From: an uncultured Clostridia bacterium
Lineage (GTDB): Bacteria; Bacillota; Clostridia; Lachnospirales; Lachnospiraceae
DNA length: 64,000 nt
NCBI GenBank assembly: GCA_948472945.1
Contig: CAOKVX010000009.1
Location: forward strand, 9,752-73,751
Direction: 5' to 3'
Part shown: positions 49,701-59,263 of the stretch, piece by piece
How positions within the stretch are numbered: position 1 is the stretch's first letter
Layout of the letters: every line of letters begins with the position of its first letter
The notes under the pieces: generated by a model
The model's database searches: none
Seen by the model: only the letters and a program-made list of their open reading frames with translations
What the model was told of the DNA's origin: nothing
Program-made: the position numbers and the translations under genes

Positions 49701-51383
49701 ATGCAAATGACAGGTTCACAAATATTGATGGAGTGTCTGCTTGAACAGGGTGTCGATACGGTATTCGGATATCCGGGCGGAGCGATACTCAACGTATATG
49801 ACGAATTATATAAATACAGCGATAAAATAAAACATATTCTAACGTCGCATGAGCAGGGCGCGTCCCACGCAGCCGACGGCTATGCGAGGGCGACGGGCAG
49901 AGTTGGGGTTTGTATGGCCACAAGCGGCCCCGGAGCAACCAATCTTATAACGGGTATTGCTACGGCATATATGGATTCGGTTCCGCTCGTTGCTATTACA
50001 TGTAATGTTACGGTTGCACTGCTAGGAAAAGACAGCTTTCAGGAGATAGACATAGCCGGTGTGTCTATGCCTATAACAAAGCATAATTTTATTGTTAAGG
50101 ACGTAGATGAACTTGCGGATACTGTAAGGCGCGCATTCAGGATTGCGAGAGAGGGAAGGCCGGGGCCTGTTCTCATAGACATTGCGAAAGACGTTACGGC
50201 CAATAAGTGCAAATATGAGGCGAAAACTTCTAATGATATAAAGAAAAATACAACAAGTATAAGGGAGGAAGACATAGAGAGGGCTGTGAAAGCGATTAAG
50301 ACCTCTAAAAAACCGGTGTGCTTTGTTGGAGGAGGCTGCGTCATATCGGGCGCAGACAAGGAACTGGCAAAGTTTGTCGAACTTGTTGACGCACCTGTGT
50401 GTGATTCTCTTATGGGTAAGGGGGCATACGACGGCAGAAAGCCTAATTACACGGGTATGCTTGGAATGCACGGCACAAAGACTTCCAATTTAAGCGTTGT
50501 AGACTGCGACCTTCTAATTGCGGTAGGAACGAGATTTTCCGACAGGGTTCTCGGCAATCCTAAGAAGTTTGCCAATAAGGCAAAAATACTTCATATAGAT
50601 ATTGACCCTGCCGAGATTAATAAAAATATAATGGCCGACTACAGTATAGTAGGAGATGTAAAGGAAATCCTCTCTATTCTCAATGACAAAATTGAGAAAA
50701 AAGATAACAGGGAGTGGATGGAAAAAGTTGCAGAGAGGAAAAAACAGTTTCCGCTTCCTTATGACACAGAAGAATTTACAGGGCCTCAGATTATAAGATG
50801 CATTGACGAGGCCACTGACGGCGACGCAATAATTACTACGGACGTCGGACAGCATCAGATGTGGGCGGCGCAGAATTACAAATATAGAAATCCACGCACA
50901 TTCCTCTCGTCAGGCGGACTTGGAACTATGGGCTACGGCCTTGGGGCAAGCATAGGTGCGAAGACGGGAATGCCTGATAAGCATGTAATTAACATTGCGG
51001 GTGACGGCTGTTTCAGAATGAACCTTAACGAGCTTGCTACAGCGTCGAGATATAATATACCGATTATACAGATTGTAATAAATAATCACGTGCTCGGAAT
51101 GGTAAGGCAGTGGCAGACTCTTTTTTACGGACAGAGATATTCAAGTACAATACTTGACGACAAGGTTGACTTTGTAAAAGTGTCTGAGGGGCTTGGAGTA
51201 AAGGCAGTGAGAGTTTCAGATATTGACGGATTCAGGAAAGCATTTGACGAGGCTCTTGCGCTTTGTGCACCTATGGTAATAGAGTGTGTAATTGATAATG
51301 ATGATAAGGTATGGCCTATGGTTGCACCGGGCGATTCAATCGGAAATGTATTTACACAGGAAGATTTGGATAAAAAGGATTGA
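49701..51383 (+). CDS. ilvB: Acetolactate synthase large subunit
   Basis: FGYPGGA, HEQGASHAADGY, TSGPGATN, DVGQHQMW, GDGCFRMN, LGMVRQWQ. Confidence 0.97.
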   Translation: MQMTGSQILMECLLEQGVDTVFGYPGGAILNVYDELYKYSDKIKHILTSHEQGASHAADGYARATGRVGVCMATSGPGATNLITGIATAYMDSVPLVAITCNVTVALLGKDSFQEIDIAGVSMPITKHNFIVKDVDELADTVRRAFRIAREGRPGPVLIDIAKDVTANKCKYEAKTSNDIKKNTTSIREEDIERAVKAIKTSKKPVCFVGGGCVISGADKELAKFVELVDAPVCDSLMGKGAYDGRKPNYTGMLGMHGTKTSNLSVVDCDLLIAVGTRFSDRVLGNPKKFANKAKILHIDIDPAEINKNIMADYSIVGDVKEILSILNDKIEKKDNREWMEKVAERKKQFPLPYDTEEFTGPQIIRCIDEATDGDAIITTDVGQHQMWAAQNYKYRNPRTFLSSGGLGTMGYGLGASIGAKTGMPDKHVINIAGDGCFRMNLNELATASRYNIPIIQIVINNHVLGMVRQWQTLFYGQRYSSTILDDKVDFVKVSEGLGVKAVRVSDIDGFRKAFDEALALCAPMVIECVIDNDDKVWPMVAPGDSIGNVFTQEDLDKKD

Positions 51384-51408
51384 CAATTATTTATCAAACA
51401 CATAAAAT
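51380..51408 (+). promoter_or_regulatory. SigA promoter of serC-serA, overlapping the ilvB stop codon
   Basis: TTGACA-17 bp-TAAAAT. Confidence 0.65.
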
Positions 51409-51531
51409 AATATGTGAAACTAAACTCTATATTTAAAATGTATATGCGAATTTTGAGTAATTGCATTAAAGTTAAAACATTTAAATATATAATAAGATAT
51501 GTCAGGTTATTTCTGGCGGAAGGAGGACGAG

Positions 51532-52614
51532 ATGGGAAGAGTGTATAATTTCTCGGCAGGTCCGGCTGTTTTACCGGAAGAGGTACTAAAAGAAGCGGCA
51601 GATGAGATGCTTGATTACAGGGGTTCAGGAATGTCGGTAATGGAGATGAGCCACCGTTCAAAAGTTTTTGATACAATTATTAAGGAGGCTGAACAGGATT
51701 TAAGAGACCTTCTTAATATACCTGACAATTACAGGGTGCTATTCCTTCAGGGCGGAGCTTCCACACAGTTTGCAATGATTCCGATGAACCTTATGAAAAA
51801 TAAGGTTGCGGATTACATAGTAACCGGTCAGTGGGCTAAAAAGGCTTACAAAGAGGCATCAAAATATGGAAAAGCCAACTGTATTGCGTCATCTGAAGAT
51901 AAGACATTTTCATATATACCAGACTGTTCGGACCTCCCTGTGAGTGATGACGCAGACTATGTGTATATTTGCGAGAATAATACAATATATGGAACGAAGT
52001 TCAAGGAACTTCCAAACACAAAGGGGAAGATTCTTGTTTCGGACGTATCGTCATGTTTCCTGTCAGAGCCTATGGATATATCAAAATATGGGCTCGTATA
52101 CGGCGGAGTTCAGAAAAATATTGGCCCGGCCGGAGTTGTAATTGCGATAATAAGGGAGGACCTTATTACGGATGATGTTCTTCCGGAAACTCCTACAATG
52201 CTTCAGTATAAAATACACGCCGACAGCGATTCTCTTTACAATACGCCGCCATGCTATGGAATATATATATGCGGCAAGGTATTTAAGTGGCTTAAGAAGA
52301 TGGGCGGACTTGAGGTGATGAAAGCGAAAAATGAGGAGAAAGCAAAGATTCTCTATGATTACCTTGATGGGAGCAGTCTATTTAAGGGAACGGTTGTTAA
52401 AGAAGACCGCTCTTTGATGAATGTTCCGTTTGTTACCGGAGACGCAGAGCTTGACGCAAAATTTGTGGCGGAGGCGAAAGCGGCAGGATTTGAGAACCTC
52501 AAGGGACACCGTTCTGTCGGTGGAATGAGGGCAAGTATATATAATGCAATGCCAAAAGAAGGTGTTGAAAAGCTTGTTGAATTCATGCGGGAATTTGAGA
52601 AAAAAAATTTATAA
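51532..52614 (+). CDS. serC: Phosphoserine aminotransferase
   Basis: YNFSAGPA, EMSHRS, LQGGAS, GVQKNIGPAG, GHRSVGGMRASIYNA; ATG 51532 follows RBS AGGAGG. Confidence 0.97.
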   Translation: MGRVYNFSAGPAVLPEEVLKEAADEMLDYRGSGMSVMEMSHRSKVFDTIIKEAEQDLRDLLNIPDNYRVLFLQGGASTQFAMIPMNLMKNKVADYIVTGQWAKKAYKEASKYGKANCIASSEDKTFSYIPDCSDLPVSDDADYVYICENNTIYGTKFKELPNTKGKILVSDVSSCFLSEPMDISKYGLVYGGVQKNIGPAGVVIAIIREDLITDDVLPETPTMLQYKIHADSDSLYNTPPCYGIYICGKVFKWLKKMGGLEVMKAKNEEKAKILYDYLDGSSLFKGTVVKEDRSLMNVPFVTGDAELDAKFVAEAKAAGFENLKGHRSVGGMRASIYNAMPKEGVEKLVEFMREFEKKNL

Positions 52615-52656
52615 TCCGTAGCTGATTATAATTTTACAGAGAAAAGAGGATATATT

Positions 52657-53823
52657 ATGACAACAAAAATAAATTGCCTGAATCCTATTGCGGGTGTAGG
52701 ACTTGAAATGCTTGATGATAATTTTGAAATAACCGACAAATTTGAGGATGCCGACGCAGTCCTCGTCCGAAGCGCAGCTATGCATGAACTTGATATGCCG
52801 GAAAGTCTCAAGGCTATAGCTCGTGCGGGCGCGGGCGTAAACAATATACCGCTTGACAAATGCGCCGAGAAAGGAATTGTTGTTTTCAACACACCGGGAG
52901 CCAATGCAAACGGAGTAAAAGAGCTTGTACTTGCAGGACTTATGCTTGCGTCAAGAGATATCGTAGGTGGAATCGAGTGGGTTAAGGACAATATCTCTGA
53001 CGAAAATATTGCAAAATCAGCGGAGAAAGCTAAGAAAGCATTTGCCGGCAGTGAAATAAAGGGAAAGAAGCTCGGTGTAATCGGGCTTGGAGCAATAGGA
53101 GTAATAGTGGCAAACGCTGCAAGCACTCTTGGAATGGAAGTGTATGGATGCGACCCGTACCTATCAGTATATAATGCGCTCAACCTCTCAAGGAATGTGA
53201 ATCTTGTAAAGGATAGAAATGACATATATTCCATGTGTGATTTTATTACAGTACATGTTCCGCTTCTCGACGACACAAAGGGTATGATTAATAAAGAGGC
53301 TATTAGCAGCATGAAAGACGGTGTTGTCATTCTCAATTTTGCAAGGGACATTCTCGCTAATGACGAAGACCTTGCAGACGCCCTTGAATCGGGTAAGGTT
53401 GGGAAATATGTAACAGACTTCCCAAACACAAAAGTAGTAAAAATGAAAAATACAATTGTAATCCCTCATCTTGGAGCTTCTACGGAAGAGTCGGAAGATA
53501 ATTGCGCCGTTATGGCAGTTCAGCAGATGATGGATTTCATTGAAAACGGAAACATAGTAAATTCAGTTAACTATCCTGCTTGCAATGCCGGCGTATGCCA
53601 GTCGGCGGGACGTATAACGATATGCCACAGAAATGTACCTAACCTTATAACAAACTGTGCCGGTGTATTTTCCGGTGCAGGCGTAAATATTGAGCACATG
53701 TTTGATAAGAGCCGCGGCGACTATGCATATTCCATAATTGATATTGCATCTCCTTCGACGGATGATATGGTTAATAAGCTTAAGGCAATCGACGGAGTGC
53801 TAAAGGTAAGAATAGTAAAGTAA
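52657..53823 (+). CDS. serA: D-3-phosphoglycerate dehydrogenase with C-terminal ACT domain
   Basis: RAGAGVNNI, NTPGANA, GLGAIG, PHLGAST, HRNVPN ACT domain. Confidence 0.95.
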   Translation: MTTKINCLNPIAGVGLEMLDDNFEITDKFEDADAVLVRSAAMHELDMPESLKAIARAGAGVNNIPLDKCAEKGIVVFNTPGANANGVKELVLAGLMLASRDIVGGIEWVKDNISDENIAKSAEKAKKAFAGSEIKGKKLGVIGLGAIGVIVANAASTLGMEVYGCDPYLSVYNALNLSRNVNLVKDRNDIYSMCDFITVHVPLLDDTKGMINKEAISSMKDGVVILNFARDILANDEDLADALESGKVGKYVTDFPNTKVVKMKNTIVIPHLGASTEESEDNCAVMAVQQMMDFIENGNIVNSVNYPACNAGVCQSAGRITICHRNVPNLITNCAGVFSGAGVNIEHMFDKSRGDYAYSIIDIASPSTDDMVNKLKAIDGVLKVRIVK

Positions 53824-53884
53824 ATATTATGTGCAAATATATTTTGGAGTTAAGCATATATCAACAGCTCAGTATACTGGGCTC

Positions 53885-53920
53885 CGCCAGTTACAGTAAT
53901 TGTGACTGGCGAATTTTTTT
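53885..53920 (+). terminator. Rho-independent terminator after serA
   Basis: CGCCAGTTACAG-TAA-TTGTGACTGGCG followed by T7. Confidence 0.8.
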
Positions 53921-53955
53921 AAGAAGTATAAGAAGTCTGCATAATAACGCTATTT

Positions 53956-55293
53956 GTGTTGCATATTTACTTGAAAGGCGGCGGTAGAGTTTTGGATTTT
54001 AATGAATGTATGCAGTATTTAGACGGAGTGCGCAAGCAATGTGGAATATCAATGGGGCTTGAAAATATGAAAAGGATGCTGTCACTTTTTAGTAAGCCTG
54101 ACGCAGGACTAAGGATAATTCATGTAGCCGGAACAAATGGCAAAGGTTCTGTATCATCTTTCATTGCACAGATTTTGAGCGAGGCCGGATATACTGTCGG
54201 CAGATACGTTTCCCCGACTGTTGCCGGGTACTGCGAAAAAATACAGTTTGTCTCCGGCGGGAATACCGAATATATCAGTGAGGAAAGTGCCGCAGTATAT
54301 ATCACGGCGATAAAAAATGCTGTTGAAACTGACGCCTTATGTCCGTCTGAATTTGAAATTGAGACGCTGATGGCAATGCTGTCATTTAGGGACAGAGGGG
54401 TGGATTATGTAATATTAGAATGCGGCATGGGAGGAAGGAACGATGCGACTAATGCGGTATCAGGTAAGGAAATGTGCGTGTTTACTGCCATAGATTATGA
54501 CCATACGAAGTATCTTGGCGAGACGATTGAGGAGATTACAGCCGACAAGGCCGGAATAATTACGCCGGGATGCAAGGCTGTGAGCGCCAATCAGCATCCG
54601 GACAGCTTTAATGTGCTTGAAGAGTTTTCGAAGAAGAATTCAGTTTCAATGAAATACAGAAAGAATATTCGTAACTGCGAATATTCGCTTGACGGAACAA
54701 AATTTTGTTATGGAGGGCATACATATGAGATAGGACTTGCCGGTGTATATCAGACGGAGAATGCGGCTGTCGCAATTGAGGCGGTATCTCTTTTATTAAA
54801 TGATATTGGCTATGACGTAATCAGGGAGGGGCTAAAAAAGACAAAATGGCCGGCCCGCTTTGAGCTCATATCAAAAGGACCGCTTATTATATATGATGGA
54901 GCCCACAATCCGGTAGGAGTGAAAAAGCTTGGTGAGTCAGTGGAAAAGCTGCTTAACAGGGATGAGTATATACGCGTCGGTATAATGGGAGTTTTTGCCG
55001 ACAAAGATATTTCAGGCATGGCAAAGCTGCTTAACGGCGTATTTGACGAGATACATACGGTAACCGCTGAAAGCGGCAGGGCTGAAAATGCGGATAAACT
55101 TGCAAAAAAGATAAAAAAGAAATGTGATATTACCGTAATGCCGCACTCCGACATGAAGCCGTCGCAGGTAATCAGTTTTCTTGAGGGCCGCAGGCAGACA
55201 CACGGTAATGCTTTGGGAAAGAAAAATGCGTATATTGTTTTCGGCTCTCTGTCAATGTATTGTGATATTAGCAGTAGTGTTTGTACTTTTTAA
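53956..55293 (+). CDS. folC: Folylpolyglutamate synthase/dihydrofolate synthase (likely start TTG 53992)
   Basis: IHVAGTNGKGS, ECGMGGRNDATN, DYDHTKYLG, WPARFE, DGAHNP. Confidence 0.93.
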   Translation: MLHIYLKGGGRVLDFNECMQYLDGVRKQCGISMGLENMKRMLSLFSKPDAGLRIIHVAGTNGKGSVSSFIAQILSEAGYTVGRYVSPTVAGYCEKIQFVSGGNTEYISEESAAVYITAIKNAVETDALCPSEFEIETLMAMLSFRDRGVDYVILECGMGGRNDATNAVSGKEMCVFTAIDYDHTKYLGETIEEITADKAGIITPGCKAVSANQHPDSFNVLEEFSKKNSVSMKYRKNIRNCEYSLDGTKFCYGGHTYEIGLAGVYQTENAAVAIEAVSLLLNDIGYDVIREGLKKTKWPARFELISKGPLIIYDGAHNPVGVKKLGESVEKLLNRDEYIRVGIMGVFADKDISGMAKLLNGVFDEIHTVTAESGRAENADKLAKKIKKKCDITVMPHSDMKPSQVISFLEGRRQTHGNALGKKNAYIVFGSLSMYCDISSSVCTF

Positions 55294-55346
55294 ATAATAT
55301 CTTTAATATTGGGCCGTTGAACTAACTTATCAATACAAAGGAGGAA

Positions 55347-56210
55347 ATGAAGAAAATGGTTATCGGAGGAAAGCATTTTGAGGATAGCGGCAGGACGTAC
55401 GTCATGGGAATACTCAACGTCACGCCGGATTCATTCTCAGACGGAGGAAAATATAACAGCGTTGACGATGCGCTAAGGCATGCGGAACGTATGATTGATG
55501 AGGGCGCCGATATAATAGATATCGGCGCGGAATCTACAAGACCGGGATTTAAACTTGTAGGCGACGACGAAGAACTGAAAAGGCTTGTTCCTGTTATAGA
55601 AAACATAAAGAAAAGATTTGACGTTCCAATTTCAGTTGATACATTTCACAGCAGGGTGGCTAAGGAGGCAATGAATTGCGGCGCTGATATGATAAACGAC
55701 GTGTGGGGGCTTAAATATTCAGGAAATGATATTCCGATGGCCGAGGTTGTAAAAAGTGGCGGCGCCGCGGTATGCATTATGCATAATTCAGAGCACAAAT
55801 ATGAGAGCGGCGGCGCTGACAGAACTTTAATGGGAAAAATAAATGATAGTATTTTTGCTGAGTTAAAGGAATCTGTTTACATCGCTGAGAGCGCCGGAAT
55901 AGGCAGGGATAAAATAATGATAGACCCCGGCGTGGGGTTTGCGAAAGATTACAGCGTGAATATGAGCATGGTTGCCAACATTGATATATTTAAAAGTATA
56001 GGCTATCCGGTGCTTTTGGGAACGTCCCGAAAATCAGTAATCGGGCTTACGCTCGATGTTCCGGTAAATGAGCGGATGGAGGGGACACTTGCCACGACTG
56101 CGTGCGCAGTTTTAGGAGGATGCAGTTTTATCAGGGTGCACGATGTCGGAAGTAACGTAAAATTTATTAAGATGCTTGAAAATATTTTGGAATTCAAACT
56201 TCGCAGTTAA
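55347..56210 (+). CDS. folP: Dihydropteroate synthase
   Basis: MGILNVTPDSFSDGG, GAESTRPG, DPGVGFAK, GTSRKS, RVHDV. Confidence 0.97.
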   Translation: MKKMVIGGKHFEDSGRTYVMGILNVTPDSFSDGGKYNSVDDALRHAERMIDEGADIIDIGAESTRPGFKLVGDDEELKRLVPVIENIKKRFDVPISVDTFHSRVAKEAMNCGADMINDVWGLKYSGNDIPMAEVVKSGGAAVCIMHNSEHKYESGGADRTLMGKINDSIFAELKESVYIAESAGIGRDKIMIDPGVGFAKDYSVNMSMVANIDIFKSIGYPVLLGTSRKSVIGLTLDVPVNERMEGTLATTACAVLGGCSFIRVHDVGSNVKFIKMLENILEFKLRS

Positions 56211-56254
56211 TAACAATTACCGTTTATGCAGAGTTTGAGATAGTTGACAGGGAA

Positions 56255-57976
56255 ATGAGGATTAGCTTGACTATGAGTAAGTACGATGTAATAACTATTG
56301 ATGAGCTTGAGGTGTTTGCATACCACGGCGTAATGCCCGAAGAAAATATAGTTGGACAGAAGTTCTGCGTATCTGTCAGCTTGTATGCCGACACGGCGGC
56401 GGCAGGCGTGAGCGACGATATTGACTTAACAATAAATTACGCCAAAGTATGCGGGGATATAAAAAAGTTTGTAGAGGGCAATACGTTTAAACTAATTGAA
56501 GCGGTTGCCAATAAACTTGCGGACATGCTGCTGAAAAAATATAAAACAGTACAGAAGATTACTGTTGAGATAAAAAAACCGTGGGCGCCTATTCATCAGC
56601 CGTTAAATAACGTGTCAGTAAGGATAGAACGCGGATGGCATGAGGCGTATTTAAGCCTTGGATCCAATATAGGCGATAGAAAGCACAATCTTGACAATGC
56701 AGTTGCTTCTATTAAGAACGACGAATGCATTGAGGTTTGCGTCGTTTCAGACTATATTGTGACTGCGCCTGTCGGATTCACCGAACAGGAAGATTTTTTA
56801 AATGCGGCTGTAATGGTAAAAACGCTCTATGAACCGCATGAGCTCCTCGCAGTTATAAACGGTATAGAGGCATCCGGAGGACGAAAACGAGAAGTTCACT
56901 GGGGGCCTAGAACTATAGACATAGATATTATTTTGTTTGATAATCTTGTGATCGGTGATGAAAAGCTAAACATCCCTCACCCTGAAATGCTTAACAGGGA
57001 ATTTGTTTTAAGGCCTCTTGCCCAGATTGCACCATATGCGCTTCATCCAGTTCTTGGAGAAAGCGTGGCGAAGCTTTTGGAGGAATTTTATGAGAAAACA
57101 AAATATGTTTCGGGAGCGGACTATGAAATTGAATTTGAAGGGATAAACAGTCTTCGCATTTTTGAGGAGACAAAAATCGCCTATTTTGGTACGAAAGGGT
57201 CATATTCGCAGAGGGCTATGGAGAGTTTCTTCGGTGAAAGAGGCTACAGTTCGTATGCAATGCCATCGTTTACCGACGTCATGCGTGCGGTCGAAAGCGG
57301 AGAGGCTGATTACGGAGTTGTTCCTATAGAGAACTCCTCGACAGGCGGTATTACCGATATATACGACCACATAGGAGACTATAATATATATATTGTAGGC
57401 GAGCAGATAATAAAAATAGAGCATGCGCTTCTGGGACTTCCGGGCAGCTCAGTCGATGATATAAAGAAAGTGTATTCGCATATACAGGGAATAATGCAGT
57501 GCCCGTCATTTTTTGAGGCTCATCCACAAATAAAGCCGGTCGAGAAATCGAGTACTGCCGAGGGCGCCAGGCTTGTTGTAGAGGGAAAAGACAGGTCGGT
57601 AGGCGCAATAGCCGGAGTGCAGGCTGCGAGGGTGTACGGACTTGACATACTTGAAAACGTAATCAATGACAGGAATAACAACAGCACACGTTTCGTAATA
57701 CTTTCAGGCAGAAAAATATATATAGACAGCTCGAGGAAAATAAGCATATCGTTTGAACTCAAGCATGAGAGCGGTGCATTGTACAGAATATTATCTCATT
57801 TCTACCACAATGGAATCAACCTCGAGAAGATAGAATCCAGACCGATTCCTGAAAAGACATGGGAGTACAGGTTTTTTGTTGACATAGCAGGCAATCTGAA
57901 AATGCAGGGAGTTAAAAATGCATTGTCGGTAATAAACCGTGACGCCGACAATGTCAGGATTATCGGAAATTACTAG
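56255..57976 (+). CDS. Apparent fusion of FolB (dihydroneopterin aldolase), FolK (HPPK), prephenate dehydratase and ACT domain (likely start 56273)
   Basis: FAYHGV..EE and TINY (FolB); YLSLGSNIG, WGPRTIDIDI, IPHP (FolK); GSYS, VPIENSSTG, VYSHIQG, NSTRFVI, KIESRP, YRFFVDI (PDT-ACT); one open frame. Confidence 0.85.
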   Translation: MRISLTMSKYDVITIDELEVFAYHGVMPEENIVGQKFCVSVSLYADTAAAGVSDDIDLTINYAKVCGDIKKFVEGNTFKLIEAVANKLADMLLKKYKTVQKITVEIKKPWAPIHQPLNNVSVRIERGWHEAYLSLGSNIGDRKHNLDNAVASIKNDECIEVCVVSDYIVTAPVGFTEQEDFLNAAVMVKTLYEPHELLAVINGIEASGGRKREVHWGPRTIDIDIILFDNLVIGDEKLNIPHPEMLNREFVLRPLAQIAPYALHPVLGESVAKLLEEFYEKTKYVSGADYEIEFEGINSLRIFEETKIAYFGTKGSYSQRAMESFFGERGYSSYAMPSFTDVMRAVESGEADYGVVPIENSSTGGITDIYDHIGDYNIYIVGEQIIKIEHALLGLPGSSVDDIKKVYSHIQGIMQCPSFFEAHPQIKPVEKSSTAEGARLVVEGKDRSVGAIAGVQAARVYGLDILENVINDRNNNSTRFVILSGRKIYIDSSRKISISFELKHESGALYRILSHFYHNGINLEKIESRPIPEKTWEYRFFVDIAGNLKMQGVKNALSVINRDADNVRIIGNY

Positions 57977-58110
57977 TGAATTGATTGCACTATACTTTTT
58001 ATAACTAACCGGAATATAATCACTGTGCGCAATAAGGCGACCGTTTGACAATTTTTGTGATTAGGCTTCAGAGTATATAAAATTTTTTGTTGCAATACGT
58101 AATAATCACT

Positions 58111-58335
58111 ACAGGCGCTTGGAATTCGGAATTTTGAGCCTGTCAACCTAATCTTAGCGGTAGGTTGAACATTGAAAAGTAAATATTGTTCAGAACGGAA
58201 CAGCTAGAAATAATTGCCTTGTGATATTTCTTCGTCAGAAATTTGGAAGATGCAGTTAGCTTTCAAAAAGAAACGGTTGTGTGGAGACAATCCTTTTAAG
58301 GATGAGTGAACCGTGTGGTTGTAGTTCTGAACATA
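58111..58335. ncRNA. Candidate structured non-coding RNA (family not recognised)
   Basis: Nested helices: 10-bp perfect closing stem 58187-96/58324-33 enclosing two branched arms, preceded by two stacked hairpins; no long ORF. Confidence 0.4.
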
Positions 58336-58533
58336 TGTCCCCAAAATGCCCCAAAGTTTATCTATAGAATGAAAATCCTATTAAAGAAAGACAAGACATT
58401 GTTGCTAACTCACTTCTTATTCCAAATGCAATGAGCCTTACTGCTTCATCATTTATTACAATAACAGCGACGTTGACTAAGGGAGACATTGTAATTACAA
58501 GGAAAATGTTTGCGAGAGTCGCTGCAAAAGTAG

Positions 58534-58585
58534 ATGCCACCGCCTATATTTGGTATACTTAACTGTCAAATACAGGCGGTGGTAT
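58534..58585. repeat. 20-bp-arm inverted repeat with a 12-nt loop
   Basis: ATGCCACCGCCTATATTTGG / TCAAATACAGGCGGTGGTAT: 17 Watson-Crick pairs, 2 G-T pairs, 1 mismatch. Confidence 0.8.
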
Positions 58586-58648
58586 TGTAATTGAACAACA
58601 GCAGAAGTGAGTGTTAATCGTCTAACGATGCCATATTACATAACTATC

Positions 58649-58677
58649 TTGCGTATATCTTTTTTATGCTGTATAAT
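58649..58677 (+). promoter_or_regulatory. SigA promoter of ppi
   Basis: TTGCGT-17 bp-TATAAT. Confidence 0.6.
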
Positions 58678-58729
58678 TACCAAATAATACCCCGTCTCAT
58701 GCGGCGGGCATGGAAAAAGGAGAGTAATC

Positions 58730-59263
58730 ATGGCAGTAAATAATCCTATAGTGACGATAACAATGGAAAACGGCGATACCATAAAGGCAGAGCTTTATCC
58801 TGATATCGCACCAAATACAGTGAAAAATTTTATATCGCTGATAAAGAAAAAATATTATGACGGACTTATATTCCACAGGGTAATCAACGGTTTTATGATA
58901 CAGGGCGGCTGCCCGCAGGGAACAGGTATGGGAGGACCGGGCTATTCAATACCGGGAGAGTTTTCATCAAATGGATTTGAAAACAATCTTAAGCATACGG
59001 CCGGCGTGCTGTCGATGGCGCGTTCTCAGATGCCGGACTCGGCCGGCTCACAGTTCTTTATTATGCATAAAAACTCACCGCATCTTGACGGAATGTATGC
59101 GGCTTTTGGAAAAGTCACCGAGGGAATGGACAATGTCAACAAGATTGCCGATACGGATACGGATTATTCGGACAGGCCCTTAACACCGCAGATAATGAAA
59201 GCTGTTACGGTTGAACTTTTTGGCGAAACATATGATGAGCCTGAAAAACTGGAGGAATATTGA
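58730..59263 (+). CDS. Cyclophilin-type peptidyl-prolyl cis-trans isomerase
   Basis: APNTVKNF, YYDGLIFHRVINGFMIQGG, GVLSMAR, AGSQFFI, HLDGMYAAFGKV. Confidence 0.95.
   Translation: MAVNNPIVTITMENGDTIKAELYPDIAPNTVKNFISLIKKKYYDGLIFHRVINGFMIQGGCPQGTGMGGPGYSIPGEFSSNGFENNLKHTAGVLSMARSQMPDSAGSQFFIMHKNSPHLDGMYAAFGKVTEGMDNVNKIADTDTDYSDRPLTPQIMKAVTVELFGETYDEPEKLEEY

Noticed and set aside
53860-53920. GTGACTGGCGAA and CTGGGC look like ZTP (pfl) riboswitch elements upstream of folC
   Set aside because: The elements are in the wrong order, the P2 and GGGAGC parts are missing, and the P3 loop reads TATA rather than CGCC. It is simply the serA terminator plus a small hairpin.
57079-57146. 18-codon out-of-frame ORF with a GGAGG RBS inside the fusion gene, as a regulatory peptide
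   Set aside because: GGAGG and ATG arise naturally from Leu-Glu-Glu and Tyr-Glu codons. It is kept only as a caveat to the fusion call.
58111-58335. 6S RNA or IscB omega-RNA identity for the structured region
   Set aside because: It is branched rather than rod-like, lacks the 6S 3' ACGGCAU-type motif, lacks omega/HEARO hallmark motifs, and has no iscB or tnpB nearby.
58358-58540. 60-aa minus-strand hydrophobic ORF (possible toxin or Nudix relic)
   Set aside because: There is no usable RBS, the start lies inside a hairpin, there is no Nudix box and no recognisable family. It cannot be supported without a search.
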